IMG/VR virus record: IMGVR_UViG_3300005842_000485 | Location: 26,566-90,565 of that record | From: a virus | DNA: 64,000 bases | Strand: one strand, 5' to 3' | Shown: positions 27,275 to 36,410 of the stretch, piece after piece | How the letters are laid out: each line of letters starts with the position of its first letter | How positions within the stretch are numbered: position 1 is the first letter of the stretch | Notes under the pieces: generated by a model | The model's input: only the letters and a program-made list of their open reading frames with translations | Told to the model about the DNA's origin: nothing | Databases searched by the model: none | Made by a program: the position numbers and the translations under genes

Positions 27275-27898
27275 CTACGGAGTGAAGAACTCCAAGGCGG
27301 TGCCGCCCGCGTTTACGCGAATCTGCTGAAGCGCCGAGCCGAGCGTGAGAAGCGGAGTCAATTCGGCAGGCATCCGAGCGTCGGGGACAGTGCCACTCGC
27401 GAGGTTGTCGGCGTTCGCGGCATCGGACGCGACTTCTTCAAGCGCGGCCTGTACCTGTGTCGCAGCGATTGTGCCAGCAGGAGTGAAGGCGATGGCCGAC
27501 GCTGCGTGCGCCGCCGTAGCGTCTCCGGTGTGGTCGGTCACGAGCGCGGCTGCGTCCGTCGCGACCTCTTCGACGGCTGCCTGCACGGTCGAAGCGGCGA
27601 TGGTTCCGGCGGGGGTGAATGCGACAGTCGCGGCAGTCTGCGCACCAAAAGCCAGCACTTCTTTCCAGTCGCCGTTCGTGGTCGGGCTGTTCGTGGCGAG
27701 GATGTAGGTCTTGCCGGTGTCGCTCTGGATGGCGACATCACCCTTCTGGGCGCTGAGTGCGAGGCGCGCGGCCTGGTTCGCGACGACGGAGACATCAGTG
27801 ATCGCGAGATCGACGTCATAGACAGCCACGGGCTGGCCGTTGGCGTCGGTCGTGATGTACTTGTTTGCGGCTTGGACCGGAGGAAGGTTGAGGGACAT
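27275..27898 (-). CDS. Head fibre/decoration-like protein
   Basis: ARLALSAQKGDVAIQSD; two AFTPAGTIAA..VQAA.EEVA repeats; C-terminus shared with the 12957 gene. Confidence 0.7.
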   Translation of the reverse strand: MSLNLPPVQAANKYITTDANGQPVAVYDVDLAITDVSVVANQAARLALSAQKGDVAIQSDTGKTYILATNSPTTNGDWKEVLAFGAQTAATVAFTPAGTIAASTVQAAVEEVATDAAALVTDHTGDATAAHAASAIAFTPAGTIAATQVQAALEEVASDAANADNLASGTVPDARMPAELTPLLTLGSALQQIRVNAGGTALEFFTP

Positions 27899-27928
27899 GG
27901 GGTGTGGAAGAAGATGGCTGTTGCCCGA

Positions 27929-27958
27929 ACGCTACGGCGCGTATTCGATGGCGGTCAA
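27929..27958 (-). promoter_or_regulatory. Late-type promoter
   Basis: TTGACC-N18-TAGCGT; shares cgcgccgTAGCGT with the 27182 copy. Confidence 0.65.
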
Positions 27959-27970
27959 CGAGGTTGCGAG

Positions 27971-28297
27971 CTATGCAAACGGAACGCGTTGTGCCGATGA
28001 GATTCCAAGCGCGTGGCGTTCGTCATACTGCCGGGAGAACGAGACCTTGGCCGACTCAACGAGCCAGCGCCAGTTGAGGCGGTGAAGCAGGAGAAGAAGC
28101 CAGTCTCCGGGGCCGCCCGCAAACTCGTCTAATTCGGAGATGGCCGCGAGCTTCAGCGGAAGATGGCCGGACAATTGGTACTTGATCCAGTAGGCGCGCT
28201 TTGATCGGTTGCGCGAGTCCGCGTCGGCTTCAAGAAAGAGGCGGTTGTCGATGCGGCGAAGGTACTCCGTGAATGTGCGGCTGTTGTGGTCGGGCAT
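27971..28297 (-). CDS. Phage hypothetical protein
   Basis: MPDHNSRTFTEYLRRIDNRL start behind a pyrimidine-rich leader. Confidence 0.6.
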   Translation of the reverse strand: MPDHNSRTFTEYLRRIDNRLFLEADADSRNRSKRAYWIKYQLSGHLPLKLAAISELDEFAGGPGDWLLLLLHRLNWRWLVESAKVSFSRQYDERHALGISSAQRVPFA

Positions 28298-28322
28298 TGC
28301 CGGAGACGGAAAGAGGAAGGAC

Positions 28323-28601
28323 TTAGCGGCCCTTCCTCTTCTTGGCGGGAGCGTCTTCGGACTGCGCCTCTTCGGACGCGGCAGCGGAAGGGGCAGACGG
28401 CGACTCTTCATCAGCCGTCTGTTCGGGGATGGCGACGGCCACGGGCGATTCCGGATCATCTTTCCTCGGTGCGACGGGGGCCTCGGCGTCTTCGGAACGC
28501 GTTTCCACGACCGACCAGCCTACTTGCCCGATAAATTGGGCGGCTTCCTCATCGGTGAACCACGATTCAACGCCACCTGGATTGCGGAGCTTCTTCAACA
28601 T
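28323..28601 (-). CDS. Small acidic protein following the capsid gene
   Basis: MLKKLRNPGG...PAKKRKGR. Confidence 0.6.
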   Translation of the reverse strand: MLKKLRNPGGVESWFTDEEAAQFIGQVGWSVVETRSEDAEAPVAPRKDDPESPVAVAIPEQTADEESPSAPSAAASEEAQSEDAPAKKRKGR

Positions 28602-28629
28602 ACTAGGGGAGAGGTTATTGGGATGTGAC

Positions 28630-28654
28630 GGAGGAGAACGTAGCATTCTCCTCC
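28630..28654. terminator. Hairpin after the major capsid gene
   Basis: GGAGGAGAA-CGTAGCA-TTCTCCTCC. Confidence 0.5.
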
Positions 28655-28676
28655 GGTACACGCCAGGAACCTCTAT

Positions 28677-29588
28677 TTAGGCGCCGTACACATACAGACC
28701 GAGCGTCGGGCGCACGACCTTCACGCCGTAGAGGACGTCGTAGGTCATGATCGTCGCGAGGTCCTTGTGGCTCCACGAAGCGGTGAAGCGGATGCCCATC
28801 TTCGTCTGCGGGTCGGAGGCCACCGCGCTCATGACAGCGCCGGAAAACTCGTTGCTCGGGCTGTAGAGCGGCGCAGAGGCCAAGGCCAGCGCGTCGGGGT
28901 TGAACGCGAGGTTCTTGTCACCGGCGGGGCTACCAGTCCGCGAGATGTTCTGGTCCACGTAGATGTCGAAGCCGAAGAGCGAGGTGAGCTTCGCGTTCTG
29001 GACAGCCGAGGGCGAGCCCACCGTGTTCGCCTGGACGAAGAGGCTCTGGCCGAGCAGGTCGCTCTGGCTCTGGGAGCCGATGACGAGGACATTGCCGGTC
29101 GGCGACTTCGCGTCGATGAGGCGCTTGTTCGCGAGCCGCAGCCCCGCGGGATCGATCGCGGTGCCCTGCGTGCCAACGGCGGTGCCGGTGAAGTTCGCGG
29201 CTTCGGCGATGAGATCGGCGTCGATCTGGTTCGCGAGCGACTTCATTGCGGCGTCCGTGAACGCCTGCATCTTGTCGTCGATCATCAGGGTCTTCGCGAC
29301 ATCCTCGGTGGCGACGGACGACTCGTAGTGCTTGTTCAGCACGACTTGGACGTTCGAGAACGTCGGCGTCTGAAGCGTGATCTCGGTCTGCACCGCCTTG
29401 GCGTTCGCCGCGATGGTGAGCGAGTTGAGGATGTTGACGGTGTTGCCCTTTTGTTTGAACTCGGAGTCCCAAGTGCGGGACACGATGCCCGGAAGGACAA
29501 CGTTGTTTGAGAGGGCGACGAGGGCTTTGTTGGCCCAAATCTGCGGGATATTGGCCGCAGCAGTCGTCGCGGAAATGGTGTTCGCCAT
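28677..29588 (-). CDS. Major capsid protein (P22 coat-like, HK97 fold)
   Basis: IPQIWA, KGNTVNI, SLANQIDADL, LFGFDIY, YDVLYGVKVVRP. Confidence 0.92.
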   Translation of the reverse strand: MANTISATTAAANIPQIWANKALVALSNNVVLPGIVSRTWDSEFKQKGNTVNILNSLTIAANAKAVQTEITLQTPTFSNVQVVLNKHYESSVATEDVAKTLMIDDKMQAFTDAAMKSLANQIDADLIAEAANFTGTAVGTQGTAIDPAGLRLANKRLIDAKSPTGNVLVIGSQSQSDLLGQSLFVQANTVGSPSAVQNAKLTSLFGFDIYVDQNISRTGSPAGDKNLAFNPDALALASAPLYSPSNEFSGAVMSAVASDPQTKMGIRFTASWSHKDLATIMTYDVLYGVKVVRPTLGLYVYGA

Positions 29589-29607
29589 GTGGGGCGTAGG
29601 GGGGTAA

Positions 29608-30399
29608 TTACGTGGTGATGCGCCCCTCCTTCACCGCCTTGTCGATCTCGGGTTGATGTGCCTTGTAGAAGGCAAAGTCCTCGATCTGCTGGCGGCTGAA
29701 CGTCGTTGCTCCTGCAACCGCAGCGGGACTTGTCGCGGCCGATCCAGCTCCGGCTTTACCGGAGAAGGGAGACTTCGCGATGTAGTCGTTCGCTGCGAGG
29801 AATTGCTGGACTTTGGCGTGGAGGGGGGTGCCAACGTCGCCGTCCACGACGACCTCTTTGGTCGCGGGATCGACGCTGACGGTGTGCTTATTCTTGAAGA
29901 GGACGACGGCCGCTTCCGCATTCTCGGCGGTATCCGAGAAGAGGGCGAGCAGCGCGTTGTCGATCTTCGATGTCTCGATCGCTTTCTTCAGTTGGTCGCG
30001 TTCGGCCTCGGCTGCGGCCTTGGCTTCTTCAAGCGTCTTCCGGTCGCGTTCGGCCTTCTCGCGATCGAGGGCGATGATCTTCTCAAACTCGCCCTTCTCT
30101 TCGAGGCGCTTGCGCTCCTTCTCTTCCTGCTCCCGTTTCACCGCGTCTTCTTTGTCGCGGTAGGACTTCAGGAGGTCGTCGCGCTCTTTCAACTGGGTCT
30201 GCCAGTTCGCTTCGGCGTCTTCACGCGCTTTCTTCTCTCGCGCGACGCGCTTCGAGATCATCTCGTCGATCTCGGCTTGGGTAAGAGCTTTCGTCTCCGG
30301 TTTATCGCCATCCGTGGGCGCCTGCGCTGGGTCCGCGGCAGGGGGCGTGGTGACCGGCTCCGTTGCGGGAGGGGTCGCAGTGTTTGGCTCTTCAGCCAT
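29608..30399 (-). CDS. Capsid scaffold protein
   Basis: LTQAEIDEMISKRVAREK, coiled coil, directly upstream of the capsid gene; ATG at 30399. Confidence 0.85.
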   Translation of the reverse strand: MAEEPNTATPPATEPVTTPPAADPAQAPTDGDKPETKALTQAEIDEMISKRVAREKKAREDAEANWQTQLKERDDLLKSYRDKEDAVKREQEEKERKRLEEKGEFEKIIALDREKAERDRKTLEEAKAAAEAERDQLKKAIETSKIDNALLALFSDTAENAEAAVVLFKNKHTVSVDPATKEVVVDGDVGTPLHAKVQQFLAANDYIAKSPFSGKAGAGSAATSPAAVAGATTFSRQQIEDFAFYKAHQPEIDKAVKEGRITT

Positions 30400-30590
30400 A
30401 GGAGTAGTGAGGAATGAAATGCCGTGTGTACGTGCGTCCACGCGCAGGAGGGGCCTGCCCTGCGAGCAGTAAGGTCTGATTGCTAGATGGAACCGCCGTT
30501 CAATTCGGCGGGACTGGATGTGAAGGATCGCTGTGACGCTGCGTGTGGATGCGCTGTCAGGCTTACTTCACGGTCGATGCGCGGGGGCCG

Positions 30591-31199
30591 TCAACACTCG
30601 AACGAATGAGAGACAGAGACGGAGGTGATGAGCCGGGGCGCGCCAATGTGGGTTGCGAGTCCGTGCTTCTTCGCGTCACGGGCGTTCCAGTACAGGTCTG
30701 CATGTTTGTTCTGGTCGATGAGTTTCGTGAAGTAGCCGGCGGGCTTCCCGCAGCTCTTCGCGACGCGCGAATAGACCACGTCTTGCAGTCGCTCAAGCTC
30801 CTTCACGTCCACCTTCATGTCCTCCGTCTTGCCACCGATCTCGGAAGAGATGTCATGGAGCATGAACGTGGCGGAGGGCGCGGCGTAGCGTTGATGCCCG
30901 AGCGCAAAGAGGAGCGCGCCGCAGCTCATCGCTTTCGATTCGCAGATGGTGATGACGGGGAGCGTCGCACTGTCGATGATCGCGACCATTCCGAGAAGGG
31001 CGTAGGCATCGCCGCCGTAGGAATCGATGACCACAGGGATGACGGGCTGCCCGGTTTCGTGGGCACGGGACATCTCTTCCCCAAACCGCCCCAGGCTCGG
31101 TTCATCAAAGTCATTGACGGTGACTACGACCGGCCGACGCACCATGTCTTCGAGCTTCGATGGTAGAAGGCCATGGCCAGCTTGGAGGATGACGTTCAC
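30591..31199 (-). CDS. ClpP-family protease, probably prohead maturation protease
   Basis: IDSYGGD, AMSCG (Ser), TFMLH (His), AKKHGLATHI; GTG at 31199. Confidence 0.85.
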   Translation of the reverse strand: MNVILQAGHGLLPSKLEDMVRRPVVVTVNDFDEPSLGRFGEEMSRAHETGQPVIPVVIDSYGGDAYALLGMVAIIDSATLPVITICESKAMSCGALLFALGHQRYAAPSATFMLHDISSEIGGKTEDMKVDVKELERLQDVVYSRVAKSCGKPAGYFTKLIDQNKHADLYWNARDAKKHGLATHIGAPRLITSVSVSHSFEC

Positions 31200-31232
31200 G
31201 CTCCGGGTCGGGAAAGAAGTGGGGCACCCCTC

Positions 31233-31262
31233 ACGTTGCGTGTCGCGGAGCCGGACGGTCAA
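31233..31262 (-). promoter_or_regulatory. Late-type promoter
   Basis: TTGACC-N18-CAACGT. Confidence 0.55.
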
Positions 31263-31284
31263 ACGACGGTTAACGGCATGCAGA

Positions 31285-31314
31285 CGCGGAGCGCGGTAGA
31301 TACCGCGCTCCGCG
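31285..31314. terminator. Perfect hairpin ending the cargo gene
   Basis: CGCGGAGCGCGGTA-GA-TACCGCGCTCCGCG. Confidence 0.6.
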
Positions 31315-31325
31315 AGACTCGTGGG

Positions 31326-32249
31326 CTACAGGGGCTTGGGAGCGGCGATGTACGGCTTGTGCGTCGCCTCCCACATCTTTTCCTCAATCCACCGATGCAG
31401 TTCGGCATTGCGCTGGCTGGCGGGTTTCGCGTCGAGGAGGTCTTTCACGCGTGCCATCAACTCAACCTCTTCCTTGTACGGTCCATCAACCCAGACCAGA
31501 TCAGCAGATGTTCCAGTCTTCGTTGGGATGACAACCTTCTCGACGACGAGCTTCACTGGAGAACCCTCCGGGTCTTTCAGGATGTCGATGACGGTTTCCA
31601 CAACTTCCTGCCAGTCCGTCGGGTTGTGTGAAAGCTCCTTCTTCGGAATCTGACATTTCGGACGCGGCCATCCGCTCTTATAGCGGGCCTTCACCGCAAC
31701 GGCGGCTGCTTGAAGTTCCTTGAGTTGCTGCTCGTAGGTAAGGGTAGATGGCTTGTGTGACGCAGCCATTTGCGATGGCAAATTCGGGCACGCGTGACTC
31801 CCGACCTTTACGGCGTCACTTTTGGTTGTCTTGCTACCATCACCGTGGTCAACGTGACCGTTCACATTAGCGACAGATGACGAACTGCCGGTGGATGTCC
31901 GCCCGATCACCGCTGGTGTCGGTCGCTCGGTGGCCTTCGGCTTCGGGTCAGGTTTGGGCTTTTCCTTCGGTTTGTCCGGCTTCTGGTCGGGCGCGGTATA
32001 TGTTGGGTGCTCTCCAGACATCTGAACGCTCGGCGCGCTCGGAGTGTTATGACTTGGCTGTTCGCGATCCACGTGCCCGACACTAGGATCGACCTGATGA
32101 CCACCGCCACCCGCTCCGCCTGCTGAACCACCGCCGCCTCCTTCGCCCGTCATGCGGACAGACGGTCCGCCCAGACGCTCCGCGAACGCTAGGTGCGTCG
32201 GTAGCAAGCCAACGCAGAGAATGAGAAAGGCGATACATGTACGTCGCAT
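31326..32249 (-). CDS. Secreted low-complexity hypothetical protein (cargo in the head module)
   Basis: SD GAAGGAG, signal peptide, Gly- and Pro/Lys-rich N-half. Confidence 0.7.
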   Translation of the reverse strand: MRRTCIAFLILCVGLLPTHLAFAERLGGPSVRMTGEGGGGGSAGGAGGGGHQVDPSVGHVDREQPSHNTPSAPSVQMSGEHPTYTAPDQKPDKPKEKPKPDPKPKATERPTPAVIGRTSTGSSSSVANVNGHVDHGDGSKTTKSDAVKVGSHACPNLPSQMAASHKPSTLTYEQQLKELQAAAVAVKARYKSGWPRPKCQIPKKELSHNPTDWQEVVETVIDILKDPEGSPVKLVVEKVVIPTKTGTSADLVWVDGPYKEEVELMARVKDLLDAKPASQRNAELHRWIEEKMWEATHKPYIAAPKPL

Positions 32250-32396
32250 GGTTGCTCCTTCATACTGCGACGACAGACAAAGGCAATCGGTACGCCTACC
32301 AAGCCCAGCAGCCGCCAAGAATGGCAACTGCGTTTCCAAGATCAGGTGGACTTCACCGGATTGACACACGGCTGTGGTCGATTCGGCATCGGCGCC

Positions 32397-33206
32397 CTAC
32401 GCAGCTTCGACGTAGTGATCCACGTCGAGCCAGCAGCGGCAATTCGGGTCAGACAGTGCATCCAAGGCTTCGGATACGGGCCGCGCTTCGGAAATTTGGA
32501 TTTCGACTTCATCTTCGACGAAGAACTGGCCCTCTAACGCTTCGTGGCTGTCTCTCACCCGGTCATCGCCCTGCGTGTGGTAGATGAGGACGGTGATGAT
32601 CCCGGTCTCTTTGCGGATGAGGTAGGCAGCTTCTTCGGCCACGCGGCCGTTGAGCCGCGTGAGCTCGGACTGGACGAGACGGCGCGCAGCGTAGGCCGGG
32701 CCCGCGGCGCCGGTGGACACTCCGACGTAATACTGCTCGACGGCGTGGATGAGATGCTCTGGGGCCGCGCCCTGCCGCAAGCCCAAGACGAAGCGCTGGC
32801 GAAGCGCCGTGCGTTCTGCTCCGCTCAGAAGCGAGATGCGTTGCCCGACGTTCTTTCCTGCGATGACGGCGCGTTCGGCTTGCTGCGTCAGCCGTTGGAT
32901 CGTCTTCGTGGAGAAGATGGGGACAGCAGAGCGGGCGGCTTGATAGCGCAGCGTGGCATCCGCAATCCCTTCGTACCCGGACGCCAGCTGTGAACGGAGT
33001 GCTGCGCGTTGCGCCGCGAGGACGCCATCGGTGGCGCGCATGAGCGGCGCGAGGCTGCGGATGCCGGAGGGCTGAAGCTCTCGAATCGCATCGACGAGCT
33101 CTCCAGGTGTCGAGGCGACCACCCGGACAGCACCGCGCTCCGTCCGCAAGTAGGTACGGAGGAGCTGCAGGCGGTACTGCGCCGCAGCGGGAGGAAGCTG
33201 CGGCAC
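32397..33206 (-). CDS. Head morphogenesis / minor capsid protein (MuF/SPP1 gp7-like)
   Basis: ARRLVQSE, TQGDDRVRDSH, PNCRC. Confidence 0.85.
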   Translation of the reverse strand: MPQLPPAAAQYRLQLLRTYLRTERGAVRVVASTPGELVDAIRELQPSGIRSLAPLMRATDGVLAAQRAALRSQLASGYEGIADATLRYQAARSAVPIFSTKTIQRLTQQAERAVIAGKNVGQRISLLSGAERTALRQRFVLGLRQGAAPEHLIHAVEQYYVGVSTGAAGPAYAARRLVQSELTRLNGRVAEEAAYLIRKETGIITVLIYHTQGDDRVRDSHEALEGQFFVEDEVEIQISEARPVSEALDALSDPNCRCWLDVDHYVEAA

Positions 33207-33209
33207 GGG

Positions 33210-34691
33210 CTACGCGGCAGGACTGATAGTCGCCTGGGTATCGCGGCCTGCCACGGCTTCCGATGCCTGGGAGAAGCTCTTCGTCAGCGCTTGCTCGAGC
33301 TGGTTATCGTCTGGGGTTGTGTCGATCTCTTCGTCGATCTTGGTGTCGGTCGCTTCGTCGAGGCCAGGGAAGGTCTCGTCCACAACGCGTTTCTTCACCA
33401 AGCGATTGAAGGTGGGTGAGACGTTGAGACTAAAGAGGCCCAGCGATTCGTCGATGGTGTCCGCAAGCGTCGTGACGTTGAAATCCGTTGGGTAGGTGAT
33501 GGAGACGGGCACCTCGTCCTTGTTCATCCACTTGTAGAAAAGCCGGATGATCTTGCGCTCGCCGTCTTCGAGGTTCTTGGCGATCTTCGCGAAGGCGCTG
33601 TTGGACTCGTGGAACTCGTAGGCATGGGCGATCCCGGATTTCTCGGACGAGGTGCTCTTTCGGTCCTGGAGCTTCGCCATCTCGATCAGCTCACGGTGGG
33701 CGTCCTCGATCCGCTGCATGATGATCTCGGCGGGATTCGAGGGCGGTGTGATGTAGGAGGGCGGGCTCGTGCCGGCAGGGAAGAACAGCCCCTTCTGCGT
33801 GCCGAGCGCTTGCGTGAGCGATTTGATCTTTTCCGGGGTCGTCTCCCCGTCGATCGGGAGCGCGAGGATATTGAATGCCTGGCGGTACAAAAACTCGTCC
33901 AGGAGCGATTGGTAGTTGTAGATGGCCCGGTTGAGGATCGAGGTATCGACGACGACCGACTCGCCGACTTCGAGGTACTGCAAGTGTTCCTTCGCCGGCG
34001 TGAACACGGCAGGGACTTCACCGAGGCCATGATCGCCGCGGTCGAGTTCTTGGCCATCCTCGTTGTGGACGATGAACTCCGTTCGCGTCCAGGTGCGGTA
34101 AATCTTCGTGGGTGTAACCCGAGAGGCGAATGGCGCCGAGGTATCTGCGGCCGTCTCGCAGACGCGAACCCAGAGGTAGCTGCCGTTCGCGTCGATTGCC
34201 CAGTCCACGACCTCAAGGGGGCTGTAGACGCGCAGGTAGGGACGTATGCCGAGGGTGCGGTCTTGGCGGCGGGTCTTGGATTTCGTTGCGTCGCTCGGCA
34301 GGTCAACGATGGTCACCGTGTGGCCTTGGATCATGCCGACCTTGCCCACCTGCTCGGCCATGATCTGTGAAAGCGGCGTCCCCTTGCGGTCGGCATCGTT
34401 CTCAAACTCCCGGAAGAGCGCGTCGTCAGTCTGGCGTTCGATGGGCTCCTTGAAGATGAAGGACGAGTAGATGTCCACCTGCTTGCGGACGAGGTTCGTG
34501 AAGGTCGCGCGGTTCAGCCGATCCCCGTAGTCATGCTCGGTTTCGCGGGCATGCCGGAACAGGTAGGCGGACTTTCGGGTGTACGTGTCGCCGCCTTGGT
34601 AGGAGTCCACGTAAAACTCCCAATCGGGCGAAAGCTGCTGATAGAGAGGGTGCGTCTCCTTCAGACGCGCAGCGATGCTGCTGTCGGCCAT
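33210..34691 (-). CDS. Portal protein
   Basis: THPLY...W....DSYQGG, HGLGEVP, SGIAHAYEF, YPTDF; follows terL. Confidence 0.9.
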   Translation of the reverse strand: MADSSIAARLKETHPLYQQLSPDWEFYVDSYQGGDTYTRKSAYLFRHARETEHDYGDRLNRATFTNLVRKQVDIYSSFIFKEPIERQTDDALFREFENDADRKGTPLSQIMAEQVGKVGMIQGHTVTIVDLPSDATKSKTRRQDRTLGIRPYLRVYSPLEVVDWAIDANGSYLWVRVCETAADTSAPFASRVTPTKIYRTWTRTEFIVHNEDGQELDRGDHGLGEVPAVFTPAKEHLQYLEVGESVVVDTSILNRAIYNYQSLLDEFLYRQAFNILALPIDGETTPEKIKSLTQALGTQKGLFFPAGTSPPSYITPPSNPAEIIMQRIEDAHRELIEMAKLQDRKSTSSEKSGIAHAYEFHESNSAFAKIAKNLEDGERKIIRLFYKWMNKDEVPVSITYPTDFNVTTLADTIDESLGLFSLNVSPTFNRLVKKRVVDETFPGLDEATDTKIDEEIDTTPDDNQLEQALTKSFSQASEAVAGRDTQATISPAA

Positions 34692-34748
34692 GCGTGGTGC
34701 GGGGGAATCACTGGAACCCTAGCGGTGCTTGCGGAAGGCCGTCGAGCC

Positions 34749-36335
34749 TTAGCCGTCGAACGTGAAGGTGGAAACCATGGAGGCGAGGCCGACTTCCTCG
34801 GCGAGCATAAGGCAGTAGACGACGACATCCATCGCGTCATCGTGCTTCGGCTTGATCTTGCCGTCTCGGGTGTAGCCGCAGACCTCATCGACCGCGAAGG
34901 CATGCTTTTGCTTCTGCATGTAGACGCGGCCTTGCTCGAACGTCGGCTGGTGCCTGGTGAGCCGGAAGATCTTGTCGGTGACCGGGCGTAGCTCGCGGGT
35001 CGGGATTGAGAGGCCTGCGGCGGTTGCGGCGCGGTCGATGCCTTGCTTGAGCGCTTTCTGGTACATGACAGTCTCGATGCCGAGCGTCTGGATGCGATCT
35101 CCGACGCGCTGCCGCCATTCGACGTGCTTCTGTACTGCCCCCGTCACTTGGCGGTCGTAGGGCATCCGGTCGTGGATGAAGTCGAGGAACCACCGCGTCC
35201 CGTTCGGGTGCGCGGCCATGACCCCCATGGCGAAGAAGTCGGCCGTGTTCTTCTCCGAGATGGCCGGATCGATGGCTTCATACAGCAGGCATTCCGAGAG
35301 CTTCACGACCACGCCGTTGTGGCCGATGAGGTACGTCTCTGTTTTGCCATCTTCGACCACGGTCTCCAGCCGGAAGTCGTGGATCTGCGTGGGCGTGACA
35401 ATCTGGTTGCCCGATGCAACCGGCTCGCTCTGGAACTCGGTCGCGAACCGTGTCGATCCGATCAGGCGACGGGTGCTCCAGAGATCGAAGTAGTCGTGGC
35501 GCGCCGGCCACAGCACCACCGCACCCGTATCCATCGCATCCCGATGCGCTTCGTAGAATGCGCGCGAGGCGTCCACACCCACGCCCCCGTCGTTCTGCGC
35601 TCGGGCCCAGACGACGGCGCACTCCTCCCAGAGGGCTTGGTTGGTGGGCTCGCGGATAATCGCTTGCTTCTTGATGACCTGGTAGCCGCCAGACGCGGCC
35701 ACGCGCGCCATCGCTGCGTCTTCGTGCAGCATCGTTCCGACCCAGATCACGCGTCCGACGTGCGGATCGCGCATCGGGAAGATCTCGGCTTCCCACCACT
35801 CTTGCGTGTTGTCGCGCAGGTCGGTGGTGGCGATGGTCTTCAGGTTCTCAATGTCGTCGCCGAGAACGAGATCAGGACGCTGTTCCTCGTCACGAGACCC
35901 ACGGTCAGAGGAGCCGTGCGACGAACAGGAAATCTGGCCACCGGAGGCGAAGACTAGTTCGTGCCCGTTGTCCGTCTCGATCTTGAGTTCTTGGCCGAAG
36001 TCACGGAGAAGTCGCGCATATCGGCCGTTCTTATTGGTGGCCGCACGGCGGATGTTGCGCAAGATCTTCGTGGCCTGCTTGTCGGTTTCGGAGAAGAGGA
36101 TCTGGTAGCGCTTCCTAGCTGTGACGTGATTCCAGAGTGGATAGATCAGCGACACCCACGTGGTCTTCGCGTGGTCGCGCGGCCAGTAGACGACGAGATG
36201 CCCATTGCCGCCTTGGAGTTCCTTGATGATCTCCAGGTGGAAGTCCGGAATCGGGCCAGAGATGTAGTGTGGGAAGTAGTACGCGCCGAAGACCGCAAGA
36301 GAATTGCGGGCAATCTTCCGCGCTAGCCTCGGTAC
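34749..36335 (-). CDS. terL: Terminase large subunit; start codon non-canonical or uncertain
   Basis: Walker A WPRDHAKT lies upstream of the track's GTG at 36155; RPDLVLGDDIE, VGTMLHED, AIDPAIS, HDDAMD motifs. Confidence 0.9.
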   Translation of the reverse strand, partial: VPRLARKIARNSLAVFGAYYFPHYISGPIPDFHLEIIKELQGGNGHLVVYWPRDHAKTTWVSLIYPLWNHVTARKRYQILFSETDKQATKILRNIRRAATNKNGRYARLLRDFGQELKIETDNGHELVFASGGQISCSSHGSSDRGSRDEEQRPDLVLGDDIENLKTIATTDLRDNTQEWWEAEIFPMRDPHVGRVIWVGTMLHEDAAMARVAASGGYQVIKKQAIIREPTNQALWEECAVVWARAQNDGGVGVDASRAFYEAHRDAMDTGAVVLWPARHDYFDLWSTRRLIGSTRFATEFQSEPVASGNQIVTPTQIHDFRLETVVEDGKTETYLIGHNGVVVKLSECLLYEAIDPAISEKNTADFFAMGVMAAHPNGTRWFLDFIHDRMPYDRQVTGAVQKHVEWRQRVGDRIQTLGIETVMYQKALKQGIDRAATAAGLSIPTRELRPVTDKIFRLTRHQPTFEQGRVYMQKQKHAFAVDEVCGYTRDGKIKPKHDDAMDVVVYCLMLAEEVGLASMVSTFTFDG

Positions 36336-36367
36336 GAACGTATGGGGCGAATGTGAATGCTGCCCTT

Positions 36368-36397
36368 ACGCTGCCTATGGCTTACGGGAGCGGTCAA
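36368..36397 (-). promoter_or_regulatory. Late-type promoter for terL
   Basis: TTGACC-N18-CAGCGT. Confidence 0.55.
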
Positions 36398-36410
36398 CGC
36401 GCCGGAGCGG

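Noticed and set aside
12957-27898. Shared fibre C-termini as a DGR template/variable repeat pair
   Set aside because: Differences are mostly synonymous and not adenine-specific, both copies are coding, and no reverse transcriptase is present.
30480-30520. T-arm-like hairpin CGCCG-TTCAATT-CGGCG as a tRNA
   Set aside because: No matching acceptor stem or D arm could be built.
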